This document shows positions 10,498-24,444 of a stretch of 64,000 nt of DNA, piece by piece. The notes beneath the pieces were generated by a model. That model had not been told where the DNA came from and made no database searches. It worked only from the letters and a program-made list of their open reading frames with translations. Each line of letters begins with the position of its first letter. The first letter of the stretch is position 1. The position numbers and the translations under genes are program-made. This DNA is from Escherichia coli (GTDB lineage: Bacteria; Pseudomonadota; Gammaproteobacteria; Enterobacterales; Enterobacteriaceae): the NCBI RefSeq assembly GCF_013122565.1, contig NZ_CP053258.1. One strand, given 5' to 3'.

Positions 10498-13400
10498 TTA
10501 CCCTACCGCTGGCGTCGGGTCGTCGCCTTTGTAGTCGCGTTTGACTTCCGTCACCTCATCGCCCTTCTCGTTGTGTAGATGCACTTCAAGCTGGTTAAAG
10601 GCAATGTTGATGTCGTTTTCACGGCACAGCTGATCGATAGTACGGTTCAGCTCATCGACAGTACGGCTACGGTCACGCAGTTCACGCACATACAGACGCA
10701 GCTCATGATCCAACGTGCTGGCACCAAATGCCGTAAAGAAGACCTCCGGCATTGGTTCGTGCATCACCCTTGGGTGCTCAGTCGCCGCCTTCAGTAACAC
10801 TTTACGCACTTTTTCCAGATCGGAGCCATAGGCCACGCCGAGACGGATCACCAGACGCGTAGTCGTGTCAGTCAACGACCAGTTGATCAGACGCTCGGTA
10901 ACAAACGCTTTGTTCGGGATGATCACTTCTTTTCGATCGAAATCGGTAATCGTTGTCGCACGAATACGGATCTTACTTACCGTCCCCGAGAAGCTACCAA
11001 TGGTTACCGTATCGCCAATACGCACCGGACGTTCGAACAGGATGATCAAACCAGAGACAAAGTTACCGAAGATCTCCTGTAAGCCAAAACCAAGACCTAC
11101 GGATAATGCTGCCGCCAGCCACTGGAGTTTATCCCACGAGACGCCCAGCGATCCGAACACCGTCATCGCACCAACGGCAATAATGATGTAGTTAAGGATG
11201 GTAGTAATGGCATACGACGCGCCCTGACGCATATTCAGTCGCGAGAGCACCAGCACTTCCAGCAAACCAGGCAGGTTGCGAATCAACGCCCAGGCCACCA
11301 TTGAGGCGATAATCGCAAACAACAGACTGCCCATGGTGACGTTTTTCACCACCGCAGCGCCAGCTTCAGTACCGTTGTAATGCCAGAGCGTAATGCTGTC
11401 GAGATAGCTGAACACGGTGATCAAATCGGACCAAATTGCCCAGAACATGACACCGAACAGCGCAAACATCAGCAACATGGTAATACGCAGCGTCTGCTGG
11501 TTAACTTGCTCCAGTGCAATGGTGGGTTCTTCCGGCGGTTCGGCACCTTCTGCGCCCTCTTTCACCAGATTCTGCCGACGCGCCAGCGCACGACGCCAGG
11601 CGATACGCCGCGCCGCTACGCTTAAGCCGCGCAATACCGTCTGGTACAGCAGGTTCCAGATGATCACCAAATAAACGGTTTCAATCCAACGCCCGGAGAG
11701 GCGCAGCGTGGTGTAGAAGTACCCCGTGGCGGTCAGCACCATCAACGCAATCGGGATAATCGACAGTACGGTAATGGTGACCAGTCGCATGGTGTGCGAC
11801 TCTTTATCACGCCAGCTTTCACGGCACATCGGCCACACCAGGAAGGCAATCAGCAGCAGGTTGAAGAAAATCATCGCCTGCCCCAGCACATCATCCATCA
11901 GATGCAGCGGGGAAAGTTCTGCCACCACAGACCAGAAATGGATGGGCAGCAATGCGAGACTGATGCGGACAATTTGCCGACGCCAGTGGCTGGTCTGCTG
12001 CTCCGGCATGCCGAAGTGACGCACGGCAACGCCGTTTTTCTCCAGTACCTTCCAGCACAGGCCAAACACCAGCCAGAAAATCGCCAGTTTTTTGCTGAAC
12101 GACCATAGCAATTCGCTGATGTTGAGCTGCATGGTCAACAGAATCAGGCCAACCGCGAGAATAATCAGGCACACCGGCAGCGCGCGGATCAGGTCGATAA
12201 GGATCGCTTTTGGTGTGTTGAGCTGGCTGTCGTTACGCAGGGAACCCACAGCGGAAGCCAGTTTCTGTTGATACGCTTTCAGCCAGCCCAGACGCCAGTG
12301 GATCAGTCCGGCAATCAACAGCAGCGGCAAACCAGCGAGGAAAGCGATAAAAACGGCGGGCCAGGCTTTTTCCCAGTTCACCGTGATTTTCATCGACTTA
12401 AATTCATCTTTCAGGCTTTGCGGGAACGCTTTGATCCAGTCCCAGTCCATTGGACGGTTACTGTTCACCCAAAAGATTTGCTGAGTCAGGATGGATTTCA
12501 GGTTTTTCGATACGCTCATTAACTGCTGCTGGTTGATTTGCAAGTTAATGGCCATCATCAATTGGTTACCCAACTGTTTGTTAAGCTGATCCAGCAATTC
12601 GCGACGCATATCAACCACTTGCAATAATGCATCGTGAACTTCGCTGTTGACTTCGTTGGTGTGACCTTCTTCCAGTTTGTTGACGAATGCATCGCTCTGG
12701 AAGAGTGCATCACGCTGCTGGTTAACTTCAAACTGTTCGAGACGCAAATCCGCGATGCGGTTGGTCATGTTTTCCAGTTCATCCGCCGAGGGCAGCGTTT
12801 GTTGTTGCTGGTAAAGGATACGAGACAACAGCAGGCTGCCCTTCAGGACGGCAATCTGCTCTTTAATATTGCGTTCCGATTGCAGCGCCCGCTCCAGCCA
12901 GTTTTTGACTTTAATGTTTTGCTGCATCAACTGATTACCGTTTTCAGTCGCGGTAATCAGACGCTGACTTAACTGCTGGTTAATTTCCAGTTCCTGCTTC
13001 ACCAGCGGATTAGCCTGAATACGCGCGGCTTCATCCGGGGAGATGGCTTCCTGCGCCGTTTTTTCAGTTAAAGTCAGGCGCTTGCTATTTACCGCTTCTT
13101 GCAACAGTTGTAACTGATGCTCCAGACGGGCGCTGTTCGCCGTCACGTAATCACGCTGCTTTTGCAAGGTATCCTGTAAGACAGTGTTCCCTTCCAGGCT
13201 TTTACGCTGCTGGTCAATCTCCGCATTCAGCAACGCCTGCTGGGCCTGCATTAACACTTTCTGGCTGGGACGTAAGGCCGTCTCGCCGACATCAGTCCCA
13301 TCCAGACGACTGCGAATTTGTTGCAGCTGCTGCGAAGCGTTATACATCGCATTTTGCACGCGTTCGGGCTGCGTCTGTAACGAAACCAACTGGCTGTTAT

Positions 13401-13860
13401 AAGACGCCAGATCGTTTTGTGCGTTCTGCAAATCGTCCAGCGCCTGGGCAACGCGAGTTTCCAGCTGGCGCAACGAAAGCGTACTCAGAATTTTGCGCGT
13501 TTCTTCGTCGTTATCGACATCGCTAAGTGCTGTTAACGCTGTGGTCGCCTGACGCATTTTTTCCGGCGCTTCAGCGACTTTTTGCCGTAGCTGAACTGTC
13601 TCTTCTTTTATGCGATCGATTTTATCAAGGGTGGCTAATGTATCTGTCAGATCCTGCTGCACCAGTTTGTCCTGAGCAGAAAGATCTTTTTGTTTATTCA
13701 GTGAGTCAAGTTGCGCCTGCAGGTCCGCTTTTGTCGGTAAATCACCATTCGATGACGCCCGCGCAAACGCCGTGTTCTGGCATAACAAGACAAAAACAAA
13801 AGCAATAAATGCTGAAAAAACAAAATGCCGTGATCGTTTGTAATACTGGAACATAGTCAT
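10498..13860 (-). CDS. mscK: potassium-dependent mechanosensitive channel MscK (KefA)
   Basis: 1120-aa ORF with signal sequence, long coiled-coil periplasmic region, multiple TM helices and C-terminal MscS-like domain. Confidence 0.96.
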   Translation of the reverse strand: MTMFQYYKRSRHFVFSAFIAFVFVLLCQNTAFARASSNGDLPTKADLQAQLDSLNKQKDLSAQDKLVQQDLTDTLATLDKIDRIKEETVQLRQKVAEAPEKMRQATTALTALSDVDNDEETRKILSTLSLRQLETRVAQALDDLQNAQNDLASYNSQLVSLQTQPERVQNAMYNASQQLQQIRSRLDGTDVGETALRPSQKVLMQAQQALLNAEIDQQRKSLEGNTVLQDTLQKQRDYVTANSARLEHQLQLLQEAVNSKRLTLTEKTAQEAISPDEAARIQANPLVKQELEINQQLSQRLITATENGNQLMQQNIKVKNWLERALQSERNIKEQIAVLKGSLLLSRILYQQQQTLPSADELENMTNRIADLRLEQFEVNQQRDALFQSDAFVNKLEEGHTNEVNSEVHDALLQVVDMRRELLDQLNKQLGNQLMMAINLQINQQQLMSVSKNLKSILTQQIFWVNSNRPMDWDWIKAFPQSLKDEFKSMKITVNWEKAWPAVFIAFLAGLPLLLIAGLIHWRLGWLKAYQQKLASAVGSLRNDSQLNTPKAILIDLIRALPVCLIILAVGLILLTMQLNISELLWSFSKKLAIFWLVFGLCWKVLEKNGVAVRHFGMPEQQTSHWRRQIVRISLALLPIHFWSVVAELSPLHLMDDVLGQAMIFFNLLLIAFLVWPMCRESWRDKESHTMRLVTITVLSIIPIALMVLTATGYFYTTLRLSGRWIETVYLVIIWNLLYQTVLRGLSVAARRIAWRRALARRQNLVKEGAEGAEPPEEPTIALEQVNQQTLRITMLLMFALFGVMFWAIWSDLITVFSYLDSITLWHYNGTEAGAAVVKNVTMGSLLFAIIASMVAWALIRNLPGLLEVLVLSRLNMRQGASYAITTILNYIIIAVGAMTVFGSLGVSWDKLQWLAAALSVGLGFGLQEIFGNFVSGLIILFERPVRIGDTVTIGSFSGTVSKIRIRATTITDFDRKEVIIPNKAFVTERLINWSLTDTTTRLVIRLGVAYGSDLEKVRKVLLKAATEHPRVMHEPMPEVFFTAFGASTLDHELRLYVRELRDRSRTVDELNRTIDQLCRENDINIAFNQLEVHLHNEKGDEVTEVKRDYKGDDPTPAVG

Positions 13861-13987
13861 GATGAATGAAGGTTTCTGAACCTGAAGAACGACCTGAAAA
13901 AGTCAAACCGCAAGAATATCACGACGCAATGAACCAGAATAGCAACGACGAAAATGTCCAGGAAAAATCCTGGAGTCAGATTCAGGG

Positions 13988-14635
13988 TTATTCGTTAGTG
14001 GCAGGATTACGAAGCGTGGGGCACAGGAGATACATCTCCAGTAAGATGGCGACGTAATCGCGGGCTTCTTTTTTAAGATCAAAAGATTGCGGGGCAAAGA
14101 GCCAGTTTTCCATCAGGCCGGAAATATAGCCGCGCATAATAATCGCTGCCCGACGCGTCATTAAATCCGCAGGCAACATTTTCGCTTCAATACAATGTTT
14201 TAACGTTTGTTCTATACGGTCATAACTTTCCAGACAGAGATTACGTTGTGCCTGTTGCACAACAGCCATTTCTCCGACAAATTCGCATTTGTGGAATATA
14301 ATCTCCATCAATAATCGACGCCGTTCTTCTGTCACCGTGGATTCAAGAACATGAATTAATATCTCTCTTAATACTGAGAGTGGATCGCCAGGGAATTTTG
14401 CCTGATACTCAAGCTCTAGTTCACCAATATTGGATTCTGACAGTTCCCAGATCTCACTGAACAAATCCGACTTGTCTTTAAAATGCCAGTAGATTGCACC
14501 GCGCGTAACGCCAGCTGCTTTTGCAATCTCGCCCAGCGAGGTGGATGATACCCCCTGCTGTGAGAAAAGACGTAGAGCCACATCGAGGATGTGTTGGCGC
14601 GTTTCTTGCGCTTCTTGTTTGGTTTTTCGTGCCAT
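13988..14635 (-). CDS. acrR: TetR-family repressor AcrR
   Basis: 215-aa [55 protein letters not shown]...; divergent from acrA. Confidence 0.96.
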
Positions 14636-14663
14636 ATGTTCGTGAATTTACAGGCGTTAGATT

Positions 14664-14687
14664 TACATACATTTGTGAATGTATGTA
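14664..14687. promoter_or_regulatory. AcrR operator: 24-bp palindrome TACATACATTTGTGAATGTATGTA in the acrR-acrA intergenic region
   Basis: Palindrome read directly; corresponds to the known AcrR binding site. Confidence 0.85.
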
Positions 14688-14776
14688 CCATAGCACGACG
14701 ATAATATAAACGCAGCAATGGGTTTATTAACTTTTGACCATTGACCAATTTGAAATCGGACACTCGAGGTTTACAT

Positions 14777-15970
14777 ATGAACAAAAACAGAGGGTTTACG
14801 CCTCTGGCGGTCGTTCTGATGCTCTCAGGCAGCTTAGCCCTAACAGGATGTGACGACAAACAGGCCCAACAAGGTGGCCAGCAGATGCCCGCCGTTGGCG
14901 TAGTAACAGTCAAAACTGAACCTCTGCAGATCACAACCGAGCTTCCGGGTCGCACCAGTGCCTACCGGATCGCAGAAGTTCGTCCTCAAGTTAGCGGGAT
15001 TATCCTGAAGCGTAATTTCAAAGAAGGTAGCGACATCGAAGCAGGTGTCTCTCTCTATCAGATTGATCCTGCGACCTATCAGGCGGCATACGACAGTGCG
15101 AAAGGTGATCTGGCGAAAGCCCAGGCTGCAGCCAATATCGCGCAATTGACGGTGAATCGTTATCAGAAACTGCTCGGTACTCAGTACATTAGTAAGCAAG
15201 AGTACGATCAGGCTCTGGCTGATGCGCAACAGGCGAATGCTGCGGTAACTGCGGCGAAAGCTGCCGTTGAATCTGCGCGGATCAATCTGGCTTACACCAA
15301 AGTCACCTCTCCGATTAGCGGTCGCATTGGTAAGTCGAACGTGACGGAAGGCGCATTGGTACAGAACGGTCAGGCGACTGCGCTGGCAACCGTGCAGCAA
15401 CTTGATCCGATCTACGTTGATGTAACCCAGTCCAGCAACAACTTCCTGCGCCTGAAACAGGAACTGGCGAATGGCACGTTGAAACAAGAAAACGGCAAAG
15501 CCAAAGTGTCGCTGATCACCAGTGATGGTATTAAGTTCCCGCAGGACGGTACGCTGGAATTCTCTGACGTTACCGTTGATCAGACCACTGGGTCTATCAC
15601 CCTACGCGCTATCTTCCCGAACCCGGATCACACTCTGCTGCCGGGTATGTTCGTGCGCGCACGTCTGGAAGAAGGGCTTAATCCAAACGCTATTTTAGTC
15701 CCGCAACAGGGCGTAACCCGTACGCCGCGTGGCGATGCCACCGTACTGGTAGTTGGCGCGGATGACAAAGTGGAAACCCGTCCGATCGTTGCAAGCCAGG
15801 CTATTGGCGATAAGTGGCTGGTGACAGAAGGTCTGAAAGCAGGCGATCGCGTAGTAATAAGTGGGCTGCAGAAAGTGCGTCCTGGTGTCCAGGTAAAAGC
15901 ACAAGAAGTTACCGCTGATAATAACCAGCAAGCCGCAAGCGGTGCTCAGCCTGAACAGTCCAAGTCTTAA
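14777..15970 (+). CDS. acrA: multidrug efflux pump periplasmic adaptor AcrA
   Basis: ORF 14741-15970; internal start gives MNKNRGFTPLAVVLMLSGSLALTGCDDKQ (lipoprotein signal), 397 aa. Confidence 0.96.
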   Translation: MNKNRGFTPLAVVLMLSGSLALTGCDDKQAQQGGQQMPAVGVVTVKTEPLQITTELPGRTSAYRIAEVRPQVSGIILKRNFKEGSDIEAGVSLYQIDPATYQAAYDSAKGDLAKAQAAANIAQLTVNRYQKLLGTQYISKQEYDQALADAQQANAAVTAAKAAVESARINLAYTKVTSPISGRIGKSNVTEGALVQNGQATALATVQQLDPIYVDVTQSSNNFLRLKQELANGTLKQENGKAKVSLITSDGIKFPQDGTLEFSDVTVDQTTGSITLRAIFPNPDHTLLPGMFVRARLEEGLNPNAILVPQQGVTRTPRGDATVLVVGADDKVETRPIVASQAIGDKWLVTEGLKAGDRVVISGLQKVRPGVQVKAQEVTADNNQQAASGAQPEQSKS

Positions 15971-15989
15971 CTTAAACAGGAGCCGTTAA

Positions 15990-19142
<3,153 letters not shown>

Positions 19143-19160
19143 TACAACGTGTAATCACTA

Positions 19161-19183
19161 AGGCCGCGCAAGCGGCCTTTTTT
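19161..19183 (+). terminator. rho-independent terminator after acrB
   Basis: Stem aggccgc/gcggcct with loop gcaa followed by T-run tttttt. Confidence 0.8.
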
Positions 19184-19687
19184 ATGCATAACCTACGAAC
19201 ATTAAGGAGTAATTGAACCACCAACTCAGGATCTCATACGAAAACCAGTATTAACCACGGATAAAATTCATAAAAAATACTGATTGTTAGTTAATTTATA
19301 TTAAGTAGCGCTAATAGATTTAATAATCCATAATCATTTAGAGGCTATTCTTAATTATTTGCGGTAATTCTTTATTCATTCCTCGGTTATTACGTCATAT
19401 TCAGAGCAATCCTGGTATTAGTGTCACCAATGTCATCTGGCGATAATCCTGAAATGTTATGAACTGTTCGAGCAAACTGCTTTTACCTACTGCGGGTTGG
19501 TGCTAGTATGAAAAAGTGAGTCCTGTCCCGCTTCCTTCCTAATTGTAATTTTTCGTAATAATGCGATGAAAACCTGCAAAGAGTGGCTTATAGTTAAGCT
19601 AACAAACGAGAGGGCAAGTCCAGGTCAGTAAGTTTTTTCCATCCCGAAAGGTGTCCGTTAGTTCAACCACTAAGAAGGGGACGCGTT

Positions 19688-20062
19688 ATGGATGAATACT
19701 CACCCAAAAGACATGATATCGCACAGCTTAAGTTTCTCTGTGAAACCCTGTATCATGACTGCCTTGCAAACCTTGAAGAAAGCAATCATGGCTGGGTAAA
19801 CGACCCAACCTCGGCGATCAACCTCCAGTTGAATGAACTGATTGAGCATATTGCGACCTTCGCACTTAATTACAAAATTAAGTATAATGAAGACAATAAG
19901 CTCATTGAGCAGATCGACGAATATCTGGATGACACCTTTATGTTGTTCAGTAGTTATGGTATTAATATGCAGGATCTTCAGAAATGGCGGAAGTCAGGTA
20001 ATCGACTATTCCGTTGTTTTGTCAATGCGACAAAAGAGAATCCTGCGAGTTTATCTTGTTAG
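19688..20062 (+). CDS. tomB: Hha toxicity modulator TomB (YbaJ)
   Basis: 124-aa [43 protein letters not shown]...; immediately upstream of hha. Confidence 0.93.
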
Positions 20063-20087
20063 AATTATTACAACCATGGGTAGAAGT

Positions 20088-20306
20088 ATGTCCGAAAAAC
20101 CTTTAACGAAAACCGATTATTTAATGCGTTTACGTCGTTGCCAGACAATTGACACGCTGGAGCGTGTTATCGAGAAAAATAAATACGAATTATCAGATAA
20201 TGAACTGGCGGTATTTTACTCAGCCGCAGATCACCGCCTCGCCGAATTGACCATGAATAAACTGTACGACAAGATCCCTTCCTCAGTATGGAAATTTATT
20301 CGCTAA
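20088..20306 (+). CDS. hha: haemolysin expression modulator Hha (H-NS co-regulator)
   Basis: Internal start of ORF 19842-20306 gives [72 protein letters not shown] (72 aa). Confidence 0.95.
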
Positions 20307-20477
20307 TAAATAATTCGCTTTCGGAGCTATAACCGGCTGTTTATTAAGAATTTTATACTTTTTCGCCATGAAGACATACCCTATGTGATCTTTATCACAC
20401 AGATGTAATGGGAACGTTCTCTTCACTGACTTTTCGTCTTACTGTGTTGCCGCATTTTCAGCAACCAGAGGTCAGTA

Positions 20478-21029
20478 ATGAGCACAGAAAAAGAAAAGAT
20501 GATTGCTGGTGAGTTGTATCGCTCGGCAGATGAGACGTTATCTCGCGATCGCCTGCGCGCTCGTCAGCTTATTCACCGATACAATCATTCCCTGGCGGAA
20601 GAGCACACATTACGCCAGCAAATTCTCGCTGATCTATTCGGTCAAGTGACAGAGGCTTATATTGAGCCAACGTTTCGCTGTGACTATGGCTATAACATTT
20701 TTCTCGGTAATAATTTTTTCGCCAACTTCGATTGCGTGATGCTTGATGTCTGCCCTATTCGCATCGGTGATAACTGTATGTTGGCACCAGGCGTTCATAT
20801 CTACACGGCAACACATCCCATCGACCCTGTAGCACGTAATAGCGGTGCTGAACTGGGGAAACCCGTCACCATCGGTAATAACGTCTGGATTGGCGGACGC
20901 GCGGTCATTAACCCTGGTGTGACCATTGGTGATAACGTCGTGGTAGCCTCAGGTGCAGTTGTCACAAAAGATGTCCCGGACAACGTTGTCGTGGGCGGTA
21001 ATCCAGCCAGAATAATTAAAAGATTGTAA
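20478..21029 (+). CDS. maa: maltose O-acetyltransferase (hexapeptide-repeat)
   Basis: 183-aa [39 protein letters not shown]... with left-handed beta-helix hexapeptide repeats. Confidence 0.94.
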   Translation: MSTEKEKMIAGELYRSADETLSRDRLRARQLIHRYNHSLAEEHTLRQQILADLFGQVTEAYIEPTFRCDYGYNIFLGNNFFANFDCVMLDVCPIRIGDNCMLAPGVHIYTATHPIDPVARNSGAELGKPVTIGNNVWIGGRAVINPGVTIGDNVVVASGAVVTKDVPDNVVVGGNPARIIKRL

Positions 21030-21144
21030 TCGGTTTTTCGCAACTGTTATGCAAAATTGTGGTAAATCTGTTACTTTCCCTCTACTATTCCCACGTTAAA
21101 ATAGGGTGTTCCCTGGAAAGTTGCAGATACCACGAAGGCAAACG

Positions 21145-21615
21145 ATGACCGAAATACAACGCCTGCTGACCGAAACGATTGAGTCTCTGAATACCCGCGA
21201 AAAACGCGACAACAAACCCCGCTTTAGTATCAGTTTTATCCGTAAACATCCGGGGCTGTTTATCGGTATGTACGTTGCTTTTTTTGCCACCCTGGCGGTG
21301 ATGTTGCAGTCCGAAACGCTTTCAGGCTCTGTCTGGCTACTGGTGGTATTATTTATCCTGCTTAATGGTTTCTTCTTTTTCGATGTCTACCCACGCTACC
21401 GCTATGAAGATATCGACGTGCTGGATTTCCGCGTTTGCTATAACGGCGAATGGTACAACACGCGCTTTGTACCTGCCGCGCTGGTTGAAGCCATCTTGAA
21501 CTCTCCGCGTGTCGCGGATGTTCAAAAAGAACAACTGCAAAAAATGATCGTCCGTAAAGGTGAATTGTCTTTTTACGATATTTTTACCCTTGCTCGCGCC
21601 GAATCAACATCTTAA
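21145..21615 (+). CDS. ylaC: inner membrane protein YlaC
   Basis: ORF 21106-21615; internal start gives [47 protein letters not shown]... (156 aa). Confidence 0.9.
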   Translation: MTEIQRLLTETIESLNTREKRDNKPRFSISFIRKHPGLFIGMYVAFFATLAVMLQSETLSGSVWLLVVLFILLNGFFFFDVYPRYRYEDIDVLDFRVCYNGEWYNTRFVPAALVEAILNSPRVADVQKEQLQKMIVRKGELSFYDIFTLARAESTS

Positions 21616-21772
21616 GTTAGAGTTACATACCAGGCGTAAAGCTCTGCGCCTGGTCAAATGACAACGTTCGTTTCCACCCATCACTTCATGAAATACCGGT
21701 TCTACCTCCTTATCTCCTGCCAGCCTTTTTCCACAATCGGATATACTTTCTCTACACTGTGTTAATAAGGAT

Positions 21773-23329
21773 ATGCTGGTGAGAACACGACATCTGGTCG
21801 GCCTTATTTCGGGAGTACTGATTCTTTCAGTATTGCTGCCTGTCGGCTTAAGCCTCTGGCTGGCCCATCAGCAGGTAGAAACATCATTTATTGAAGAGCT
21901 GAATACCTATTCCTCCCGCGTCGCTATTCGGGCCAATAAGGTGGCGATACAAGGGAAAGATGCGCTGCAAGAGCTGGAAAGATGGCAAGGCGCTGCCTGT
22001 AGCGAAGCCCATCTCATGGAAATGCGTCGGGTATCTTACAGTTATCGCTATATTCAGGAAGTGGTTTATATCGATAACAACGTTCCCCAGTGTTCGTCTC
22101 TGGAGCATGAAAGCCCGCCCGATACCTTCCCCGAGCCAGGTAAAATTTCGAAAGATGGTTATCGTGTCTGGTTAACATCGCATAACGATTTAGGCATTAT
22201 CCGTTACATGGTCGCCATGGGAACGGCACATTATGTCGTCATGATCGACCCCGCTTCCTTTATTGATGTCATTCCCTATAGCTCATGGCAAATTGATGCC
22301 GCCATTATTGGCAATGCCCATAACGTTGTCATAACCAGCAGCGATGAAATTGCTCAGGGAATTATTACCAGGCTACAAAAAACACCCGGTGAGCATATCG
22401 AAAATAATGGAATCATTTACGATATCCTGCCCTTCCCGGAGATGAATATTTCGATCATCACCTGGGCTTCAACGAAAATGTTGCAGAAAGGCTGGCATCG
22501 GCAAGTCTTTATTTGGTTACCGCTCGGGTTGGTGATTGGCCTGCTGGCAGCGATGTTTGTGCTGCGTATTTTGCGCCGTATCCAGTCACCGCATCATCGG
22601 CTGCAGGATGCTATCGAAAATCGTGATATTTGCGTGCACTATCAGCCAATTGTCTCCTTAGCCAATGGCAAAATTGTCGGTGCTGAGGCACTGGCGCGCT
22701 GGCCGCAGACAGACGGTAGTTGGTTGTCACCAGATAGTTTTATTCCGCTGGCACAGCAAACGGGCCTTTCTGAGCCATTGACGCTACTGATTATAAGAAG
22801 TGTCTTTGAAGATATGGGCGACTGGCTGCGTCAGCATCCGCAGCAGCATATTTCGATCAATCTTGAATCCACCGTGCTCACCTCGGAAAAAATCCCGCAA
22901 TTGCTGCGTGAAATGATCAATCACTATCAGGTTAATCCCAGACAGATCGCGCTTGAACTCACTGAACGCGAGTTTGCCGATCCGAAAACCAGCGCCCCGA
23001 TAATTTCTCGCTACCGGGAGGCAGGCCATGAAATTTATCTTGATGATTTTGGTACGGGGTATTCAAGTTTAAGTTATTTACAGGATCTGGATGTCGACAT
23101 TCTGAAGATCGATAAATCTTTCGTTGATGCGCTGGAATATAAAAATGTCACGCCGCATATCATCGAAATGGCAAAAACACTGAAACTGAAAATGGTAGCG
23201 GAGGGAATCGAAACCAGTAAACAAGAAGAGTGGTTACGCCAGCATGGCGTGCACTACGGTCAGGGCTGGCTCTACAGCAAGGCATTACCGAAAGAAGATT
23301 TCTTACGCTGGGCCGAGCAACATTTATGA
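21773..23329 (+). CDS. pdeB: c-di-GMP phosphodiesterase PdeB (YlaB); CSS-motif sensor plus EAL domain
   Basis: 518-aa ORF with N-terminal TM segment, periplasmic CSS-type domain and C-terminal EAL domain (ELTE...DDFGTGYSS); the start may instead be the GTG at 21779. Confidence 0.9.
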   Translation: MLVRTRHLVGLISGVLILSVLLPVGLSLWLAHQQVETSFIEELNTYSSRVAIRANKVAIQGKDALQELERWQGAACSEAHLMEMRRVSYSYRYIQEVVYIDNNVPQCSSLEHESPPDTFPEPGKISKDGYRVWLTSHNDLGIIRYMVAMGTAHYVVMIDPASFIDVIPYSSWQIDAAIIGNAHNVVITSSDEIAQGIITRLQKTPGEHIENNGIIYDILPFPEMNISIITWASTKMLQKGWHRQVFIWLPLGLVIGLLAAMFVLRILRRIQSPHHRLQDAIENRDICVHYQPIVSLANGKIVGAEALARWPQTDGSWLSPDSFIPLAQQTGLSEPLTLLIIRSVFEDMGDWLRQHPQQHISINLESTVLTSEKIPQLLREMINHYQVNPRQIALELTEREFADPKTSAPIISRYREAGHEIYLDDFGTGYSSLSYLQDLDVDILKIDKSFVDALEYKNVTPHIIEMAKTLKLKMVAEGIETSKQEEWLRQHGVHYGQGWLYSKALPKEDFLRWAEQHL

Positions 23330-23370
23330 ATTGTAGGGCTGACGGCACGCCGCACAGCCCGTCACGCTAC

Positions 23371-23724
23371 CTATTCGTCGATGATTGACTCGAATCCGCC
23401 ATAAATCATTCGCTTACCATCAAACGGCATGGACTCGCCGAACTCTTTCATCCGTGGGTCCGACATCATCTTTTGATTAGCAGCGTCGCGGACCTCTTTT
23501 GAAGGGTATTCAATCCAGCTAAAGACAACCTCTTCATTCTCTTCCGCTTTCACTGCCATACGAAAATCGGTCACTTTGCCATCCGGTACATCGCTGGCCC
23601 AGCATTCGACAATACGAAGCGCACCGAACTCTTTAAATAATGGCGCAGCCTTAGCGGCCATTTCCCGATAGGCATCCTTTTTATCGGCAGGAACGGCAAC
23701 CACAAAACCATCAACATACTTCAT
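23371..23724 (-). CDS. ybaA: DUF1428 protein YbaA
   Basis: 117-aa ORF MKYVDGFVVAVPADKKDAYREMAAKAAPLFKEFGALRIVECWASD... Confidence 0.9.
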   Translation of the reverse strand: MKYVDGFVVAVPADKKDAYREMAAKAAPLFKEFGALRIVECWASDVPDGKVTDFRMAVKAEENEEVVFSWIEYPSKEVRDAANQKMMSDPRMKEFGESMPFDGKRMIYGGFESIIDE

Positions 23725-23834
23725 CAGACATACCTCCGAAGCGTACTGCGCAGCCAGACAATTCTTGCGACGTCAGTTGTGGTTAAAGTTTAGCCACGCT
23801 GGGATTTTTTGACGAAACGGTGGGAGGCAGAAAT

Positions 23835-23948
23835 GGGTGGGGGCCCTGCCAGCTACATCCCGGCACACGCGTCATCTGCCTTGGCTGCTTCCTTCCGGAC
23901 CTGACCTGGTAAACAGAGTAGCGTTGCGGGAGAACCAACAGAGCCCCC
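23835..23948 (-). ncRNA. ffs: 4.5S RNA (signal recognition particle RNA)
   Basis: Reverse complement of 23835-23948 reads GGGGGCTCTGTTGGTTCTCCCGCAACGCTACTCTGTTTACCAGGTCAGGTCCGGAAGGAAGCAGCCAAGGCAGATGACGCGTGTGCCGGGATGTAGCTGGCAGGGCCCCCACCC (114 nt), the E. coli ffs sequence as I recall it; location between ybaA and atl matches K-12. Confidence 0.93.
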
Positions 23949-24024
23949 ATTGAGAGCGTTGAGAACCAACGCGCAGGCGCATTATCACTGCTGCCCCGGC
24001 TAATTGCAACCCATTGCGTGCCAG

Positions 24025-24414
24025 ATGCTGGTTTCTTGCGCAATGCGGCTTCACTCGGGCGTTTTTCCAGATTATGCTGAAAAATTACCTCAGGAAGAAA
24101 AGATGGAAAAAGAAGATTCATTTCCCCAACGCGTCTGGCAAATCGTCGCCGCTATTCCCGAAGGCTATGTAACCACTTACGGTGATGTGGCGAAACTGGC
24201 GGGATCGCCCCGCGCCGCGCGCCAGGTGGGCGGTGTGTTAAAGCGTCTCCCCGAAGGCAGCACCTTACCCTGGCATCGGGTGGTTAATCGCCACGGCACA
24301 ATTTCGCTAACCGGACCGGATTTACAGCGTCAGCGACAGGCATTACTGGCAGAAGGTGTGATGGTATCGGGAAGTGGGCAAATTGACTTGCAGCGTTATC
24401 GCTGGAACTACTAA
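24025..24414 (+). CDS. atl: DNA base-flipping alkyltransferase-like protein Atl (YbaZ)
   Basis: ORF 24004-24414; internal start gives MLVSCAMRLHSGVFPDYAEKLPQEEKMEKEDSFPQRVWQIVAAIPEGYVTTYGDVA... (129 aa). Confidence 0.9.
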   Translation: MLVSCAMRLHSGVFPDYAEKLPQEEKMEKEDSFPQRVWQIVAAIPEGYVTTYGDVAKLAGSPRAARQVGGVLKRLPEGSTLPWHRVVNRHGTISLTGPDLQRQRQALLAEGVMVSGSGQIDLQRYRWNY

Positions 24415-24436
24415 CCCTCTCCGGGCGGAGAGGGTT
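24413..24436. terminator. bidirectional hairpin between convergent atl and ybaY
   Basis: Perfect inverted repeat ccctctcc-gggc-ggagaggg (extendable by flanking A/T pairs) in the 30-bp gap between the two stop codons. Confidence 0.7.
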
Positions 24437-24444
24437 AACTTCGC

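Noticed and set aside
19200-19690. Possible mobile element or CRISPR-like repeat structure in the AT-rich acrB-tomB gap
   Set aside because: No regularly spaced direct repeats, no terminal inverted repeats and no transposase ORF; consistent with an ordinary AT-rich regulatory leader.
23334-23360. Hairpin gggctg...cagccc between pdeB and ybaA
   Set aside because: Only a 6-bp stem with a 13-nt loop and no T-run; too weak to call as a terminator.
23783-24121. 112-aa minus-strand ORF
   Set aside because: Overlaps the 4.5S RNA gene ffs; the ORF is an artefact.
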